25,271 nucleotides of DNA, taken from an uncultured Verrucomicrobiota bacterium (GTDB lineage Bacteria; Verrucomicrobiota; Kiritimatiellia; CAIQIC01; Lenti-01). Where the stretch lies: the NCBI GenBank assembly GCA_938003985.1, contig CALKWZ010000014.1:1-25271 (forward strand), in the 5' to 3' direction. This document shows, in pieces, positions 23,836 through 25,271 of the stretch; the stretch's first letter is position 1, and each line of letters begins with the position of its first letter. Position numbers and translations under genes: made by a program. The notes beneath the pieces are model-generated. The model was not told the origin of the DNA and ran no database searches. It saw only the letters and a program-made list of their open reading frames with translations.

Positions 23836-25271
23836 AAGTCCTGTTGGTGCGCCCCCATCTGATCCTGGCGCTGTCGCGCCGCTTCAATGCTTTCCTGCAT
23901 CTGGAGCCGTTGGATTTGGAGATCGTCGCCGGCGGCGTGGAAGCGCCGCACGAGGTGGAAATCCTGGACCTGTCGCACGGCCGGCGGCCGTTCGCCGCGC
24001 TGCGGCGGAAACTGCGCGACATGCGGCCGGATCTGGTGGGCTTCGGCTGCTACTCGAACCAAGCGGCGGCGGTGCGCGAGCTGGCTGGCCTCGTCCGGCA
24101 AGTCCTGCCGACCGCGAAGATCGCGGTGGGCGGGGTCCACGCCAGCATCGCGCCGCAGGACCTGAACCGGCCCGAATTGTACGATTTCGTGGTGCGCGGG
24201 GAGGGCTCCGTGGCCATCCGCCGCCTGCTGGCGGCGCTGGAGCGGGGCGCGGCCATCGCCGACGAAGGCGTGCTGCCCGTCGGCGCGCCCGAATTCGCCG
24301 CCTTGGCGGAAGGACCGCCGCCGGCCCATCCCGACTACCGCGAAGTGGCCAAGCCCCGCCGGGACTTGGTCGATCGCTCGAAGTATTTCTGCATCTGGTC
24401 CGGCAAGCCGGATGAAAGCCTGGCCACGCTCTATCCGCGCACGGCGTCCATGCGCACCAGCGTGGGCTGTCCGCGGCGGTGCAGCTTCTGCGTCGTGCAT
24501 TTCCTGGCCCATGGGCGCTATATCCAGCGGGATCCCGCCGACGTCGTGGACGAAATCGCGTCGATCCCGGAGGATTACGTCTATTTCGTGGACGACGAAA
24601 TGTTCATCAATCCCGTGCGCGCCGAAGCGATCGCGCGCCTGCTGCTCGAACGGGGCGTGCGCAAGCAGTACGTCAGCTGGGCGCGCAGCGACACCATCTG
24701 CGCGCATCCGGAGCTGTTCAAGCTGTGGCAGCGGGCCGGCCTGCAAGTCGTCTACGTCGGGTTGGAATCGATGGAAGCGGATGCCCTGAAAAACTTCAAC
24801 AAGGGCGTCGATCCGGACACCAACCGCCGGGCCGTGGCGATCCTGCGCGAGGCCGGCATCGTGCTGCATTCGGCGCTGATCGTGAATCCCGATTTCACCC
24901 AAGCGGATTTCCAGCGGCTGCACCGGACGGTCGCGGCCATCGCGCCGGCGGAAATGTCCTTCACGGTGCTGGCGCCGTCGCCGGGCACGGACTTCTGGCG
25001 GGAAACCCGCGCGCGGTTCATCGCGCCCGATCCGTACGCCTTCTACGACTGCATGCACACGCTGTTGCCGACGCGCCTGCCCATGCGCACGTTCTACCGC
25101 TATTTTTCGCTGCTGTACCTGCGCGGATTCCAGCACAATCCCTGGCGCGCGCACCGCGTGAAGGTGCCGTTCCGGGATCTGCTGCGGCTGATGTGGAGCG
25201 GAGCGCGCACCGGCTGGACCCTGCACGGGCTCCACCGCGATTATCCGCCCGAAGCCCGCGCGGCGTGCGGG
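23832..25271 (+). CDS. B12-binding-domain-type radical SAM protein, truncated by the window edge
   Basis: Open frame of 480 codons to the edge, missing from the supplied ORF track. MKVLLVRPHLILALSRR...LVGFGCYSNQAAAVRELAGLVRQVLPTAKIAVGGVHASIAPQD; RTSVGCPRRCSFC (CX3CX2C); VVYVGLESMEADALKNFNKG. Confidence 0.88.
   Translation, partial: MKVLLVRPHLILALSRRFNAFLHLEPLDLEIVAGGVEAPHEVEILDLSHGRRPFAALRRKLRDMRPDLVGFGCYSNQAAAVRELAGLVRQVLPTAKIAVGGVHASIAPQDLNRPELYDFVVRGEGSVAIRRLLAALERGAAIADEGVLPVGAPEFAALAEGPPPAHPDYREVAKPRRDLVDRSKYFCIWSGKPDESLATLYPRTASMRTSVGCPRRCSFCVVHFLAHGRYIQRDPADVVDEIASIPEDYVYFVDDEMFINPVRAEAIARLLLERGVRKQYVSWARSDTICAHPELFKLWQRAGLQVVYVGLESMEADALKNFNKGVDPDTNRRAVAILREAGIVLHSALIVNPDFTQADFQRLHRTVAAIAPAEMSFTVLAPSPGTDFWRETRARFIAPDPYAFYDCMHTLLPTRLPMRTFYRYFSLLYLRGFQHNPWRAHRVKVPFRDLLRLMWSGARTGWTLHGLHRDYPPEARAACG

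Noticed and set aside
734-25271. Firm call of a ladderane or aryl polyene product
   Set aside because: Gene content is suggestive of both but decisive genes are absent or off the edge; proposed ladderane gene sets also have look-alikes in organisms not known to make ladderanes. Kept as a hypothesis only.
1-25271. CRISPR arrays, transposases, integrases or phage genes
   Set aside because: None seen: no regularly spaced direct repeats, and no DDE/tyrosine/serine recombinase motifs in plausible frames. The only mobile-like features are the hairpin inserts in the tRNA relic.

Overview
The window starts with the 3' tail of an RGG-rich CDS, then tRNA-Ala(CGC), tRNA-Tyr(GTA), and a degenerate second tRNA-Tyr copy interrupted by GC-rich hairpins. 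The rest (about 734 to the right edge) is one tightly packed, single-strand biosynthetic locus, with most junctions being ATGA stop/start overlaps. Its content resembles an aryl-polyene-type (APE, type II fatty-acid/PKS-like) locus: FabG-like reductase, four ketosynthase-family proteins (including a KSalpha/Cys-less KSbeta-like pair), three acyl carrier proteins, an ApeI-like hotdog dehydratase, 4HBT thioesterase, PlsC-like and LpxL-like acyltransferases, PaaK-type adenylating enzyme, LolA-like protein, MMPL/RND-type exporter and a lipoprotein. It also encodes enzymes that are not standard for APE loci: three B12-binding-type radical SAM proteins, one SPASM-type radical SAM protein fused to a C-terminal hotdog dehydratase domain, a phytoene-desaturase-like (CrtI-like) oxidoreductase, a second FAD oxidoreductase and a condensation-domain-like acyltransferase. 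Radical SAM plus CrtI-like plus FabF/FabZ/ACP is reminiscent of the candidate ladderane-lipid gene sets of anammox bacteria, but no product can be assigned from sequence. The best candidate for something undescribed is this hybrid pathway and, within it, the radical SAM-dehydratase fusion. The locus runs off the right edge. All family assignments are from reading motifs by eye; no database search was run.
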